Shown here in pieces: positions 63,810-64,000 of a DNA stretch of 64,000 nucleotides (position 1 is the stretch's first letter; each line of letters starts with the position of its first letter). The stretch is taken from NCBI GenBank assembly GCA_977862235.1, contig OZ374557.1, positions 1,240,001 through 1,304,000 of the forward strand. Direction: 5' to 3'. The translations under genes were made by a program, and so were the position numbers. The notes under the pieces were generated by a model, which saw nothing but the letters and a program-made list of their open reading frames with translations, was not told the DNA's origin and made no database searches. This DNA comes from Dudresnaya verticillata (lineage: Eukaryota).

Positions 63810-64000
63810 GGTTCCAGCAAGGTATACAGTTCTACTGTGCCGCTGCAATCCGATTCGGCTTTTTGCGCGAGCTCATCGGTGCGCCGGTCGCGAGTCGGTT
63901 CAACCGTCGTCGGGACTCCACAACGGTCACTTCACCACAGACCTTCCTCCTTACATGCCGAAACGTCCTCGTTCGCCCCGTGAATTTCGCAGGCACTCCA

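Overview
A eukaryotic, GC-rich nest of transposable elements with no clear intact host gene. A red-algal origin is my inference from the element style and is unverified. At least six Ty3/Gypsy LTR-retrotransposon copies are present. Family A has two inverted copies (A1 5028-~16460 +; A2 ~34510-46755 -). C is a compact, complete Tf/chromovirus-like element (21476-26741 -, ~97% identical LTRs, AACCC TSD). D (28962-~34510 -), B (46756-48810 +) and E (~50455-61701 -) are partial. There are also two solo LTRs with target-site duplications, Mutator (MULE) remnants, Harbinger/ISL2EU-type (DDE_Tnp_4) transposase remnants, and a J-domain/coiled-coil ORF next to the MULE transposase. The most notable signal is that every long Gypsy element carries an extra ORF on the strand opposite to gag-pol, in an expanded region after the integrase-chromodomain. 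In family A this antisense protein (624 aa in A2) is conserved between copies with mostly synonymous changes and matches no family I recognise.
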